Notes: generated by a model from the letters alone, not told the origin. Positions 1 through 14,128 are shown, counted from the first letter of the whole stretch. The stretch is 63,202 bases of DNA, filler included, from Vannella sp. (GCA_023345925.1; 5 parts of 5 records of this genome joined end to end with filler, not necessarily neighbours in it); one strand, 5' to 3'. Made by a program: numbers and translations.

Positions 1-3000
1 GTGCTTCGATAAGTTGTTGGAGAAACAGAAGGCGCGTTGACTGATCTTTTTGGTTCCTCTCGTTGCTAGATAAAGCGCAATGGAGAATCGTTACTCCGGA
101 ATGGACCATCTGGTGAGGGGTTCCGCCGCGGCATATAGCATCCTTATAAGTACCAAATGAGTGAACATAGGCTGCCCACTGGTGAAGGCACATTCCAAGC
201 GTGTCAGGCTCCGTTAACATGGAAGGCTGAACGGTCAGTAGGCACTGAATGAATTTCTCTGTGGCCTCCTTATGTCCTCTCGTTGCTGCATATTGAAGGG
301 GACTCATACACAAGCTATCTGTAGCCCACTGCGTAGTACTTTTGACCTTCTCCAAGAGCCAGTTGACCGTTTCACCGTCTCCATTCATAGCGGCAAAGTG
401 GAGCGCCCGCCTGCCATCGTTATTGGCAGCAATTAAGCTAGCCCCATTGGAAAAGAGAAGCTCAACGATATTCAAATGTCCACCTAAAGCAGCATACATG
501 ACGGGAGTCATCTCTGACACATCGTCAAGCCGATTGACATTCTCCTTGAGGAACAAGAGGACTCGTACACAGTCAATAGCACCCACAAAGCACGACAAAT
601 GGATAGGAGAGACACCGCTAGGAAGAGTTTCTAATACAGGGAAGCCGTAACGCACGAACAAGTACAAAAACTCCGCCGGAATTTTACCAGGAGGAGCCAG
701 TGCCATTTCTAGTGGTGTCAGTCCGGCTTGATTCAGGGCCATTAGATTGGCACCATTCTGAATGAGGACCTCAGCAGTTCCTTCGTGGAGCATTTCCGCT
801 GCAAGATGGAGAGGAGAATTGCCGTTTCGGTCCCTCTCATTCACGTCAGCTTCGTAATCTAACAAAAGCATGACACAACTCATGTTGCAGTTTGATACCG
901 CTTTGCAAATGGGAGAAGGTAGAAGGTTGCCAGGGCTATTTGGGGTTGCCCCACAATCCAACAAGAACTCAGCGCACTCCTGATATTGCAAAGCTACTGC
1001 CAGATACAACGCACTATTCCCATCATTGTCCAGGCCGTCAATATCAACGAGACCCTCTTGAGCCAAGAGAGGCGATAAGTGCTCTCGACGGCCAGCAGCA
1101 ACCGCAAAATGAAGCGGGCTCATCCCCTTGTGAGTTAAAAGAAGCGAAGATTCCTCCACCGCGCATAGTAACGCTGTGAGGCACTCAACGCTCCCTTCTT
1201 CTAAGAACGCGGCAGCTAAATGGACAGGCAGCTGTCCGGATCGGTCAGGGATAGAAGCAAATTGTGGGAACGCTTTCAGCAAGAGATGGACCACTTTCTG
1301 GTTTCTTGCGTGGTGGAGAGCTGTCTGGCCTTGAGCATCTAGCACAGTTGGTAAATTAAGAGAGAGGAGCATTTCACAGCACTCTACACTGCCACTGGAT
1401 GCTGCAAAATGCAGAGGTAGCTGTCCTCGATGATTTAAACAGTCCATTGCTGCCCCAGCACCAGCCAACAAGCGCAAAATGTCACTTTGAGGTAACTTGG
1501 CAGCTAAATGTGCGAGGTGATCGCCTTCTGCATCTATATGATGGATCAAATGAACTTTGGGATGCTGGAGGAAGTCACGCACAAGCGCAATCTGATTCAT
1601 GCTGACTGCAAGATGAATGGGAGTTTGTCCACTACAATTCTTAGCATCGAAACGAGCTCCCTGGCTGACAAGCAAGAGGGCCAAGTCCCAATACCCTTGC
1701 TGGAATGCCAAATGCAAAGGCGTGTTTCCTGCATTGTCAGCCTCTTCAACAGGAATCAAAAAGTTCTGAATGAGATAGTGAGCAACTTCCGATTGTCCTT
1801 GTTTGACTGCAGTGTGAAGGCAAGATTCGCCCAACGTATTTCGGGAAATCAGAGAAGCTGAATCGTGTTGAACCAAGAACTGTAAGTTAGTTATTGCTCC
1901 TGAAGCTGCTGCAAAGTGCGGTGGAGAATCTCCTTTCTTATTTGAAAGGCGAGCACTGGCTCCTGATTGCAGAAGAAGCTCTAATAGCTTGGTGTTTTGG
2001 CATTGATTCCCTGCGGCAATCATTAGTGGGGTGGTGCCACATTGCATGGGAGCGTCAAATGGGATTTGCTTGAAGAGTTCTAAGCAGATTTCCAAGATCT
2101 TATGTCCGTCCGCTCTCCCGCTGATCCAATGGAGAACCCCTGACCCGTCAAGATGATTGGTTGAGTTTACCAACTCCGGCGTTTGCTTTAAAAGAGAGAT
2201 GGCAAAAGCTGGAGCTGTGCTGTTTTGTAGAACTAGCTGAAGAGGGGATTCACTGCTCTTTGTGCGGGCGTCAATCAAGGCACCTATTGTCAGAAGCAAT
2301 TGAGCGGCCTTCTCCCTCCCCAAGTGACATGCCAGAAGCAGTGGCGTGAATCCATTCTCATCAGCCTCTTCCAAATGACAGCCCTTCTGAATTAAAGGCA
2401 CTAAGCAATCACTCAAGTTGAGACTGACAGCCCGATGCAAGAGTGTTTCTCCTTGGGGAGATATCTGCTGTCTTAAGAAGTCCTTAAATGACATTACGGA
2501 TATTGTGGTTGCCTTTCTCACTCTGGTAGAGAGTGCCAAATGAAGAGAAGTGTCTCTTCGAGCCTTACGAGTGATTCCCATGAGCGGTTCAAGGAGAGAG
2601 CGATTCTCGTCAGCAATGGCGTGCAACACGACGGATTTTCCATCATCATCCAGTACTTGAGGAGCAGCCCCAATATCAAGCAAGATAGACACAATCTCCA
2701 AGCTATTCTTCCTCACTGCATGGTGCAGAGCAGTCTTACCACGGGAGTTCCGCGCGTTCACAATATCACGTGATTCTGGATGAGAGGCGAGATACTCTAA
2801 AGCTGCTATTTTGCGACCATAGCTTGCTGCATGTAAGAGAGTATTTCCCAAATGGTCGGCAGCTGTGAGTGAAGCGCCATGCTGAACAAGTAGCTCAAGG
2901 GTCTCTATCCCATGCCCAGCAGCAACAGCATAGTGCAGTGGAGAAGCTCCACTATGATCTAGAACATTCACATCAGCTTTTAACTCAAGGAGGAGCTTAG

Positions 3001-6000
3001 CATGAGCGGAATAAGGTAAATAGCAAGCTAAATGCAGTGGCGATGATCCGTCCTCATCTGCTGCGTTAAGATTACCAGAATGGCTCAACAACGCTTCAGC
3101 CAATTCTTTGAAGTTATTCGTACCAACACTGGCGTGAAGCGCTGTTCGTTGCCGCCAGCCAGTCTGGTTGGCCTGAGCTTTTGAGACTAAGAGAAGAGAA
3201 ACGCATTCAGGCATACTGGCGATACAGGCTTCGTGGAGTGGAGAGAGTAATTGGCCTTTGGAAAGAGCGCCAATAGATGCCTTGCACTGCAAAAGTGCTT
3301 CTGCAGCACTAGTAGCTCCAAAACGAGCCGCAAAGTGAAGAGCGCTGACCCCTCCTGCTTCCATATTGGCATTAAAGTTAATCAGTTGGTGAATCAACTT
3401 CTGATTGCCTCTTTGAGCAGCCAATCCCAAACATGAATTGTCGCGGAAGAGTACATTTGGGTTCGCTCCGTGAAGGAGCAAGAGAGAAATGACTTCCGAT
3501 GAACATAGGTCAACCGCCAAGTACAATGGAGTGATGCTGTTTGCGTTGGGAGTATTAGGGCTTGCCTGAGCAGCCAAAAGTTGAGAAACAAAGCTCATCT
3601 GCTTCTCGAGGATACTTAGAATCAACGGAGTGTTCCCTTGGGAGTCTTGAAAGTCCAGCCGACCCTTGCATTTAGGTAGGAGGCGAACAAAATCCGCCTC
3701 ATTCCCATGGACAATGCTCTCACACAAAGCTGATTCAATCTTGCTCATCGTGCGAACAGGAGAGGGGCAAGGGGAAGCTGAGCGTAGATTATCCACTCGA
3801 ACGAAGGACAATCTTTGTGACCCTGTGCGACTGCAAAGAACCTCTGCGCGACCGCGCTCGGAGGTCTTCGAATCATTTCGAACAGCACTGACCCAACCTT
3901 TCTTTGTCTGCTCCGTTGAGAACCGGCTCAGACTGATTCGAGCTACCGCTGGAGCTACTCGTGGCCTTAAACCGCGGCCACCCGTCTGCAGTTGGTCAGC
4001 TTTCAAGTGCTGCGCGTTGACTAATTGAGGATTTGCCCCTTCTTTCAGGAGGAGACTGAAACAAGCGGCGTTTCCAGAAGCATAATGAAGGGCAGAGTTG
4101 CCTTCTTTGCATTGGATATTCGGGTCCGCTCCCATCTGCAGGAGGAAGGCCACAATTGCGAAGCTTCCTCTCTGACTTGCAACATGCAATGGAGTCCTGC
4201 CTGCCGAGTCAAGTCCATGAATAGCCATTGGGTCTGGAAGATGACGCGAGAGGGTAACAAAACAACGAAGGCTTCCCGAACCAGCAGCAAGGTGGAGCGG
4301 GTTGCGGTGTTCCATGTCGGTTTCTACAAAGTTCTGCTTCGTTGACAACAAGATCTGCATTGCCAGGCTTGCTGCTCCCGCCCTTGAAGCATACATGAGG
4401 GGAGTCATCTTTCCTGAGCTCCCTTGTGAAGGACTGCCTTTTGAAAGGAGTATCTTAGCACATTCTATATGATACTCAGCAAGGGCTTTGTGAAGAGGGA
4501 GCTCTCCTTGGATATCTGCCTGGCATACATCAACATTGTGCCGTAGAAGCAACTGCATCATCTCCATCAAGCCATAAAAGGCAGCAATGTGTCCTGCAGA
4601 TATTCCAGTTGAGTTACTTAAGTTCTTTTGAACATTTGCTGAGTCCAGTAACATCTCTGCGGCAGCCACATTGTTCAATCGAATGGCGAGAAGGAGCGGA
4701 GTGAATTCTCCAGTCACATCGAATTCGTTCACATCCAACTCCACATCCGCCAAAAGCGGTTCCAGACAACTCAAATGGTTATGCCAAATTGCAATGTGGA
4801 AGAGAGAGTTGGTCAAAGTCACTTTGCTTGGGGTGAGCTTTCCGTAAGCCAGAAGGAGGCTGAGTAATTCAACGGAACCGTTCCTTACGGCCAACTGCGC
4901 CGGACTTAAGCCTTTGAAATCAAGAGAAGAAGATTGTGCTTCCCAATTGGTGGAGAGGAGAGCCTGCGCAATCGAAAGAGAAGGCGCGATACAAGCGCAT
5001 AATAAATGTAGGGGAATCCTTCCTTCATGATCCTGAGCAAGTACATCAGAACCTCCCTGTAATAGAAACTCTAATAAGAGTCGATCTGCCACTTTGAATG
5101 TCACGCAATGGTGTAACGCTGTCTTTCCTGCAGAGTCGCAATCCCTAAATCCATGGCTTCCCTGCTCAATGAGGTAGAGAAGAAGAGGTAGGTTACGCCA
5201 TTGAACAGCAGAAAGGAAAAGAGAGCTTCCGCTTCTGTCTTTGCTTTCCAAGTCAACGGAAGAAGATAATGCTGATGAGCTTCCCAATAAGCCTTCCCAT
5301 TGTTGTATGTTCACATGGTTCATGAGAAATGCTGGATTCAATTCGCTTGCCCGTGAAAAGGGAACTAAAGTAGATTGGCAGTGCTCCAGTAGTTTGACTG
5401 CCACTTCGACGTGACCCTCCTCAATGCTGCAATGGAGAGCCGTCTTCTCGTTACCATTACGAATTGTAACATCGCAGCCTGCCCTCAGAAGTAGCGCCAT
5501 TCCCTCCAACTCACCTCGAAGGCAAGCCACATGAAGGGCCGTATTTCCCTCCGAATCGGTCATGTTGAGGCTTTCCACTAGATTCTCATTATTTTGAAGC
5601 AGGAAAGCAGTAGCAGACGGACACCGAGATAATACCAAATGCAAGGGAGTCTGTCCCAACCTGTTCTGGCCATAACGCACCAAACGGGTTCGTGAGAGGA
5701 TCTTGATGCATTCTTCATGTGCAAGAGCACAAGCACAGTGAAGAGGGGTGTTTCCCTGGTGGTCTTGGATATTTGGGTCAATGCCAAACCGTTCCAAAAG
5801 GAGTGTTAGAAGGCTGTCTTGACCTGTTCGAGCAGAAACATGAAGAAGAGTTTCCTGGCTCTGATTCTGGAGGGAAGCGTTCTCACTCAAGTCTTCGCAA
5901 AGGCAAAGACGCTCTGTGATCAGTTTGACAACTGTAGTCTGGCTTCGGGCGATTGCTTCCAGAAGAAGAGGAATGAGCCGTCCTGCGGTGTTCTCTTCCT

Positions 6001-7100
6001 TCGCAAGGAGAGCAACTGCGCACTCATAGCCACCATATCTACAAGCATACATCATTGGAGTATCGCCCTGTTGGTCTCTAAGAGAGGAAAGCCCTGGGAA
6101 GGGCAAAAGAGCCTCGGCAATCCTCGGCTGGTCTTTCCAGACCGCATAGTGAAGCGCCGTCCTCCCCTTTGAATCCACTAGATTCGGCTGTATCCTGCTG
6201 TGATAGGACAGTAGCAGCGTCACTATGTGCAAGCTCCCCCTGCTCACTGCAACATGCAAAGGAGTCCGTCCTTCGTTGTCCTTGGCATTGATGTCAGACC
6301 CGTTCAGCAAGAGCTGTTGAACGATCTCGGGTATATCAACACGAATGGAATAGTGAACCGCGCTCAGCCCGCGAATGTCTCTCGCATTGACGTTCGAGGG
6401 AGCCTTTAGGAGCTCGTTTGTCATCTCTTCCTGTCCATCAGCCACTGCTATCATAAGAGCAGTCAGCCCTCTGGTATTCTGAACGCTAGTATCGGCCCCA
6501 GCTTTCAGCAGGCGTTGGACCAAGGCCACACTGCCTCCTCGCACTGCGCAATGCAGTGGACTGAAGCCAGTGTGAGTACAACGGTGCGTTAGTCCAGGTG
6601 ACATGGAGATGATTATATCTGCTACCTCTTCCATCTGCTGCAGAGCCGCCCAGTGGAGGGCAGTCTCCCCCCGACAGTTCTGAAGGTGAAGAGGGACATG
6701 TTGCTCCAACAAGACAAGCGCACACTGAGAACTGTTCGCTGCAATGGCGAACTGGAGAAGTCCGTTTCCTTCTCTATCAACATGAGCGACACAGGAGGGC
6801 CCTCCTCCCTTCAAAAGCTCTGCCAAACCTCGAGAGTTTCCAATCTCTATGGCAAGGGTCACCTCCTGCAGCACACGTTACCTCCAGTAGGTCTAGTGTA
6901 ATACTAGTCACTTACTCTCAAAAGGGAAAGAGGAACTGAGCCCTGGGGACCGCCAGGAGTAGAGGGAAGCTTGATGCGCTACCTTTCGTCAGTCCACCGT
7001 CAAGGCCTTTCCGTCCTTCCTCATTAGCCCCTACCTTAAGCATCTTCACACTCCAGCTCTTGGAAGCATCTGGCTCCTGTCTCCGTGAGCGCCGTGACAT
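1..7100 (-). CDS. Very large ankyrin-repeat protein (>2290 aa, 3' end runs off window)
   Basis: Missing from the ORF track because no stop lies in the window. The minus frame at 6865 reads EVTLAIEIG...GETALHWAALQQM and the same frame at the window start reads SGVTILHCALSSN. No track ORF terminates in this frame. Probable ATG 7100 with two short 5' introns. Confidence 0.85.
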
Positions 7101-7164
7101 GCAATGGGGAACGAAAGAATGAAAAGAAGGGAAGGTTGGTTTAGGAGAGGAGGGGACGAGCGGG

Positions 7165-8484
7165 TTAGTTGTCCATGTTCAAGGTGAAGCCAAAGCCGTA
7201 AGTAAAGTCTTGCTCAGGCAAGTTGGCAGTGGCAGAGATGGTGTAAGAGGCGAGATGGTTCATGGCATCTTCGTAGATGACTCCCAACTCGCCCTTGTCG
7301 GTCACAAGGCAGCGAACAGCAGTGTGCATGTGATAGGTTCCAAAGCGGTACTCAAAACCGGTGGAAGACTTGAATCCAAGCCCTTCTTCTTCGATAGGAG
7401 CCAGTTCCAGTTCTGTGGACCATTGCAAGCTCTTGTGGAACTTCCTGGTGTACGCAAGGCTTGCATGGCTGAATACATTAACGTTATCAAGAGCCAGGGA
7501 GCCCGTAAAGATGTCTCGTGGCTTGCTCATGTCCAAAGAACGTTCGTGGCGCAGAGTTGTGGTCAAAGTAGCGATCTTTGCAACCCCAGAGAACACGCCG
7601 AGCTTCATACCAGCAAAGTTACGTCGGCTGAGCTGCTGGAGGAAGGAGAATTCAAGCATTTCCCTTGGATGGTATGTCAAAGAGAGGGAGGAGCCTGGCA
7701 TGGCCAGCTCAGTTGACACAACCTCGATGAATGGCTCGTCTCTACTCTTATCTGGATCAGAGAAAGACTAGGTTGAGCTGTGTGAGTGTTGCTTGTGCTT
7801 TAGTAGCCCGAATGATCTTCCTACCTTGACATTGACGCTAGTAGTCAGTGTGTTGGCATTTCTGTCTGGCTTCTTTGCATTGGGTCTTCGAGTGAGAACC
7901 ATGGATGACACCAGGCTGCCTTTGATCACTCCAGCAGCGGGTACAAACTGCGCGCTGAGGTTAAAACTAGTCCATAGTCGAGCAGTGGTTTGCTAATGTA
8001 TCCCAACCTCTCATTAGTACTCATAATACTTCAGGACACGTCCAAGACCGAGCCGAAGAGAGATGCAGCTCAGGAAGGCAACTCAAACTTACCGTAAAGT
8101 CGCTATCAAACTGTGTGATGTTGACGTACTTGGGCGATTGAGATGACTTGGATCCAAGCTGCAAAGTATGCTTCATCTGAAAGTGACGAGAAACGTTCCG
8201 AACGAGATCCAAGCGCACACCAGAGAAGTTGAAATACTTGACGTTCTTGATCGCTTCAATCAAGCCCCCATCGGTCAGAACCAAGCCCATCAAGCCCACC
8301 AAAGTCTCTTACTTTGCATCTCCTTCTGCAATTCATTGCCAGGGAAGCGACGAGTGTTGTGTTCCGTCGAGATCGACCCATAAAAGTCGAACAAGTCATT
8401 GAAGAAGCCTGCTCCCTTCTTGTGCCCAACATTGTGGCCGCTCTCCTCAACACCTTGAACACCTGGCGCAGAAGGGAAAGCCAT
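7165..8484 (-). CDS. TOM40: Mitochondrial outer membrane translocase Tom40-like beta-barrel (multi-exon)
   Basis: Exons FSGVRLDLVRNVSRHFQMKHTLQLG ... KSSTGFEYRF ... FTYGFGFTLN (terminal beta-signal) match the eukaryotic porin/Tom40 pattern. Confidence 0.7.
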
Positions 8485-8648
8485 GCTGATCACGCGCTCC
8501 CTCCACCAAATAGCCAATTCCTCGAAATGTCCTGTTTATCAAGAAATTCAAATGCACCTTCCCATTGCCTCTGGGAAGAATGGAAAAATGAATTGGCCAA
8601 GGAAGTTTATTTCTTCTTGAGAAAGGCTCGAGCGGGTTGGAGGCTGAG

Positions 8649-11600
8649 ATGGCGTACAATGCTGTTTCAACTCCTAAGGGCATTCGCCCTGCACGTGTGT
8701 CTATTGGAGTATCTCGTGGTACGGTGGTTGGGGCCTCGCCTACGTTGGAGGAGCGGCGAAATGCCGTTAATGCTTCCATCCTCTCCCAACGGCCACCCTC
8801 TCCTCCATCCATCTCCGTCCCTAGCCCTGAGGAGGAGGTACCTACGAGCTCTGCCACTCCTCCTTCAAACGAGAAACAAATGGCGACTCCACGGGAGGGC
8901 AGAGCTCTCATCCGCCTTTACTTGGAAACAGCAAACGTCCTCCGCGGGAGAACTCAGCGAGAGTCAGCAGATAAGCACTTGCGCCAGAAAAAGGTAAGCC
9001 CCATACGCAAGTGAGGGAGACACGAGCCTCATCCACCTTCAGAACGTCGAGTTTAGCTGTGTTCTGAAGATCCCGGGATTGGTATCCGCAGAGTTGGTCA
9101 GTTCTTGCTCTGATACTGTATCAGAGGTGAAAAGCAAGATCATGAGCGAAGTCCGCTTTGCCTTGGAAGACCTTGTAGAGCAAGGAAAGGTCAATCGCGA
9201 GCAGGTGGAAGGGCGTATCCTTGACCTGGATCAGTACGTGCTGAAAGCACAAGGTACACAGGATTATATCCTCAACGAGTCACTTCCTCTCCAGCGTGTA
9301 GACTTCATTCAGGCTTGTAGTAAGGCCTACGTGACTCCCCGCTTCGTTTTTGTCGAAAAAAGTTCCGCAAAGATTGTAGACGAGGACTCACGCAAGGAGA
9401 AGCTCAACAAAGAGATCATGCTGAGTCATCGTATCTCTCATCTCATTGGTGGCGTCCACACATCAAGCTTCCTCGAGTACGAGGACGACGAAGTTGCCTT
9501 CTTCCGCCGGAACGCCATTAAGTGCGCCTTTACCTCCCCCTTCGCCGAATGTACTAACCAGACACTTCCTAGGGAGAAGATTGCCTTGCAGAAGCAACAG
9601 CGAGAGGCATTCAAGCATCAGAGTGCGAGCGTGAAAGACCAACGGATCTCTTTGCTTCCAGAGTACGTGCTGGGAGCTCCCATGCCCATGCAGATGCCCG
9701 AGGAGTTCTTGGTACTTGCCAACCTACCTGTGGAAGGTATGAAGGTCACTATGCGAGTGAGAGTGATGGAGCAAGCCAGGGTTCTTTGCAACACGATCTT
9801 CGACAAGTACAAGCGCAAGCTGACGCCTGAAGCTGCTGAAGGCCTGGCCATAGGCAACGAAGAAGACTATATCCTGAAGGTGACAGGGTTCCAAGAGTAC
9901 CTGTACGGAGCGAACCAGCTTCTCTCGTACGATTGCGTGCGCATTAACCTCAGCAAGGGGGACGGGCCACTTGTCCTGACCTTGGTTCCTGTAGCAACCT
10001 TCGAATCGTCACTGAATGAGATCGACTCTGCGTCTCACGCGTGCATTGTCGACAAGATCGTCGCCTTGGAGAAGGAGTCAGAACGCGATCACTCTCGCGA
10101 CGAGCGTATCTTTGATGTGACGGAGACCTACCGACTTCTAGTGGTCGCTGGTGACCGTTTGGTGCTCACCCCTGAGCAGCTGACAGAGGATTGCCACTTG
10201 TTTGTATGCGCAGAGATCTTCCACTCTGGGCACTGCCTTGACCGAGGCTACACGCCATCGACACCAGCGTCTGCTAAGCCTCGATGGAACACTTCCATTG
10301 AGATGGAACTGATCAAGTACAGGGACATCCCGCTGGGGTCTCGCGTCCTCTTGACCATTTACCTGCGCCGCTGTGACCCAACGCAGCCGTGGACCCGTGA
10401 TGTGCGCAAGGGAGACGAAGCCTTGGCTTGGGTAGCAGTGCAGGCGTTTGACCAGAACTTCCGCGTGCGCCACGGCTCAAACCACCTTCGTATGTGGACT
10501 GATACGCCCAGTCCTGTTGGTTCTTGCTACCAGAACCACTTGCAGATGAATGCGCCCATCATTGAGGTCCGCTTTGAGGGCCAGCCACGCCAAAAGCCTC
10601 TGTTTTATCCTGTTGAGGAGTTCCCCACCCTCCTACGAGAGAGAGAACGTCCTCAAACGAACGAGGAGACCATGCAGAAGCTTCAGAATATCATTAGCGG
10701 TGACCCATTGGCCCAACTGACGGAGACAGAGAAGATGATGATGTGGGCCAACCGACAATACCTCACCAGCCAACCTGCTGCCCTTCCCAAGTTCCTCCTC
10801 TCCATCCGTTGGGACGACCACCTCCAAGCCAGAGAGGCCCATCGCCTGCTCAAGGTCTGGACCAAACCAACGGCCATGCAGGCTCTGGAGCTTCTGGATG
10901 CCAAGTTCTCGGACCCTTTGGTTCGGGACTTTGGGATTGAGTGTATGCAGTACATGCACGATGCAGAGTGCTTTGACTTTATGCTCCAACTCACTCAGGT
11001 GCTCAAACATGAGCCTTATCATCGTTCCGCCTTGGCGTTGTTCCTTCTGAAACGTGCGTGGAGTAATCCTCGCATCGGGCACAGCTTCTTTTGGTTCCTT
11101 AGGGCAGAAATGCACTTGGCGGATGTCGCAGAACGCTACACTCTCCTTCTTGAGAGCTATTTACGTGGCTGTGGCCATCAATTGAGCGAGCTGATGTCTC
11201 AAAACGATGTCAATCAGCGACTTGTTCGCGTGGCAGAGAAGGTGAAAGCCGCACCTAACTCCCAAAGGAAGAAAGTTCTCCAAGACAATCTCTTGCTGCT
11301 TGAACTTCCCGATTCGTTCCAACTCCCGCTCGACCAGCGGATGCGGGTGGGCAAACTGAGAGTAGAGAAGTGTAAGTTTATGGATTCAAAGAAGCTCCCG
11401 CTTTGGCTGGTCTGGGAGAATGTGGAGAAACTTGGAAAGCCTATTTCTGTCATCTTCAAGGTCGGGGATGATCTCCGGCAAGACGCATTGACGTTACAGA
11501 TCATCCGCATCTTTGACAAGATTTGGAAGAACGAAGGAATGGACCTTTTGCTGAATCCCTACGGTGCCATTGCCACAGGAGATGAGACGGGAATGATTGA

Positions 11601-12280
11601 AGTTGTCAAGAACGCTGACACTACGGCCAATATCAACAAGGCTGCCGGTGGAACAACGGCAGTTCTGCGAGTGGATACGATTGCAAAGTGGCTGAAGAGC
11701 AACAACCCAACAGCAGCCAAGTGGGCCCGAGCACAGGAAGTATTTGCACTTTCTTGTGCCGGTTATTGTGTGGCCACCTTTGTTCTGGGCATTGGAGACC
11801 GTCACAATGACAACATCATGCTCACACGGGAAGGCCATCTCTTCCACATTGACTTTGGCCACTTCCTCGGCAACTACAAGAAGAAATATGGCTTTAAACG
11901 TGAACGGGCTCCTTTCATCTTCACCCAACAGTATGCAGCAGTCTTGGATGGCAAGAACGCTGCGCCTTACAAACTATTCGTCGACACAGCCTGCAAGGCC
12001 TTCAACATCCTCCGCCGACACAAAGATACTTTCATCACACTCTTCCAAATGGTGCGTTCTCTTCCTCTGCTACTGCTGCAATACTGACCCTTCATAGATG
12101 CTCTGCACAGGAATCCCTGAATTGGCTTCGGCTGACGATATTGACTACCTTCGTAACGCATTTGCGTTGGGCCAGACAGACGAGGAGGCGGCGGCTTATT
12201 TCTCGAAGCTGATTACTGTTAGTCTTAACACCAAGACAACTGTCATCAACGATGCCATTCACGTCTTTGTCCATAGGTAA
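8649..12280 (+). CDS. Class I phosphatidylinositol 3-kinase catalytic subunit (RBD-C2-helical-kinase)
   Basis: MDSKKLPLWL, IFKVGDDLRQD, LGIGDRHNDN, HIDFGHFLG, KRERAPF. Introns 8994-9042, probably 9522-9572, and 12052-12097; last exon MLCTGIPEL. Confidence 0.95.
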
Positions 12281-12323
12281 ACTGCGCACCATAAACACTG
12301 CGCCAGAGCCTTCCTTGTACCGT

Positions 12324-13084
12324 TTATCGCTTTTTGTTGGCGCTCCTCTCCAATTGCTCTCGGAAGGCGCGGAGGGCGATGTAGCTTGAGATAACCAGGA
12401 TAGTGAGTTGCCCAGCAAAGGCAATCCAACAGAGTAAGGGCCCTTCCCAGGTGTGCAGAAGGCTGAGAGAGCCAGACCCGGTGTGGGCTACCAACACAAA
12501 GGCGATCTTAAGCCAAGCCCTTGTTCGGTAGCCTTCGAAGGCTATTACAGTCCAAAGGACATCCATAGACGAAACAAGGGCGGTTGTGATAGAGGCTGTG
12601 AGGAACAAGGGCAACAAGCGACAAGACGGCAAGTAGAACGACCCAGGGCCTCTTGCTTCCCAGATGATCGATCCGCACATGATCAGCGCTCTCCCTGCAG
12701 CCATACCAGCACCCAATGAGAGCTCCTCCTTGATGGGAGTGCGGATGTTCTGAGAGTCGAACTTTTGTTGTTGCGTGGCCCTCGCGTACACGAACCACAG
12801 GAGGAAGCGCACTCCTTCATTGATAAATACTGACTCTACTATCACCAGAACCCATGCTTCTGGTGACCCAACTGCGTACCAGAGAGCGCTGCTTGCAAGA
12901 GCTCCTAATAACCAGAAGAACCCTCTTTCTCCCTCCATGTGAGCTGGCTGGAGGAGCGTCAGTTCTCTTACCCGCCAATCGAGAGGATGAAGAGGTGCGG
13001 CTTGGAGTAGATAAGACTGGAGAAGAGGGCGATGAGGGGAGAGAACGCGATGAGAACGCTTCCGCTAAAGAGGGTCAGCGTCAT
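12324..13084 (-). CDS. APH1: Gamma-secretase subunit APH-1
   Basis: MTLTLFSGSVLIAFSP.. first exon; FFWLLGALASSALW, EGVRFLLW, GPGSFYLPSC, WTVIAFEG, LVAH; multi-TM. Confidence 0.8.
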
Positions 13085-13442
13085 GCCCAGGGAGGCAGTC
13101 TAGAAATGAGAAGGTAAGGAATGATCTCTTTATGAACAGTACAGCTCTTAAGCCTTGATCCTGCTTGAAGTTGGACGCGGGGGTCTTCCTTTCCACTCTA
13201 TGACCTGTTTGAAGTGTAAGTTGACACAGAGAGAGAGAGAAACGGAGCTCAGTAATCTCATGTATGTAGAATGAGGCACATGGGTTTGGGTTTTCGCCAA
13301 TTTAGTTACATCACCGCTCCGTTTCGTGGTTCAACTCACCACTCCACCAAAAAATGATGAATTGTGTGTACATTGTTGTTTTTCAATATCAGTTGATAAA
13401 TCTAATTGTGATCCACTGCACTAAACTGTGAATTTATTTGGG

Positions 13443-13542
13443 NNNNNNNNNNNNNNNNNNNNNNNNNNNNNNNNNNNNNNNNNNNNTTAATTAATTAANN
13501 NNNNNNNNNNNNNNNNNNNNNNNNNNNNNNNNNNNNNNNNNN
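13443..13542. other. Artificial contig spacer N44-TTAATTAATTAA-N44
   Basis: Identical 100-nt structure four times in the window; the linker carries stops in all frames. Confidence 0.98.
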
Positions 13543-13869
13543 CCCAAGAGAGGCCTCCATCAGATGGAAACGCTCCTGTAAGAAAGCTAACTGTCTTTTC
13601 AGTTGATATTGGGCCCAAACTGAATACTGGCTCAGAAGCTGATGAGCTGAGTCAGCATCCTTTCTCGTGGAGGGAACTTGGCTTTTGACACGTCAAACGC
13701 TCTTTCAATACGTTTAGATGCCGTCTGGGTGTGCGGTGTGAAAGCAGTGCCCATTATGAGGATCTCATCGGGCAAGCAGGATCCAAACAGCGCCAAAAGG
13801 AGGTTCCGAAAGTGTGCTTCTCGAAGTGATATTCTGGACCGTCGTGAAGCGGAGTCGAACAAGGCGCTC

Positions 13870-14010
13870 TTATTCGAGAGTTCCACAATCTGCAATGGTG
13901 ACAGGGACGCGGGGAACGCCGTCAGCAGATGCAGCTCTTTGTTCTATTTGGTCTAGCACTTCCATTCCCTCGACAATGGACCCAAACACGCAATGCTTCT
14001 TGTTGTATCC
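13870..14010 (-). pseudogene. Isolated C-terminal cyclophilin (PPIase) fragment
   Basis: NKKHCVFGSIVEGMEVLDQIE...DGVPRVPVTIADCGTLE* matches the cyclophilin C-terminus; no N-terminal part seen before the RCC1 gene. Confidence 0.65.
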
Positions 14011-14128
14011 ATTTGGTAAGAGAATATAAACCTCACTTGAGATGCAGGGTGAGTGTGGAAAGATTGGTGAATCTCGAAAAGATCTGTTTTGACTGTTCAA
14101 AGGAGAAATCCAAGTTTCTGTGAAGAAG

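Noticed and set aside
1..6900. Apparent ORF desert suggesting an alternative genetic code or pseudogene
   Set aside because: Explained by one stop-less minus ORF running off the window; TAA, TAG and TGA all end genes normally elsewhere.
13487..13498. TTAATTAATTAA palindrome repeated four times
   Set aside because: Always centred in 44+44 Ns; it is a concatenation linker, not biology.
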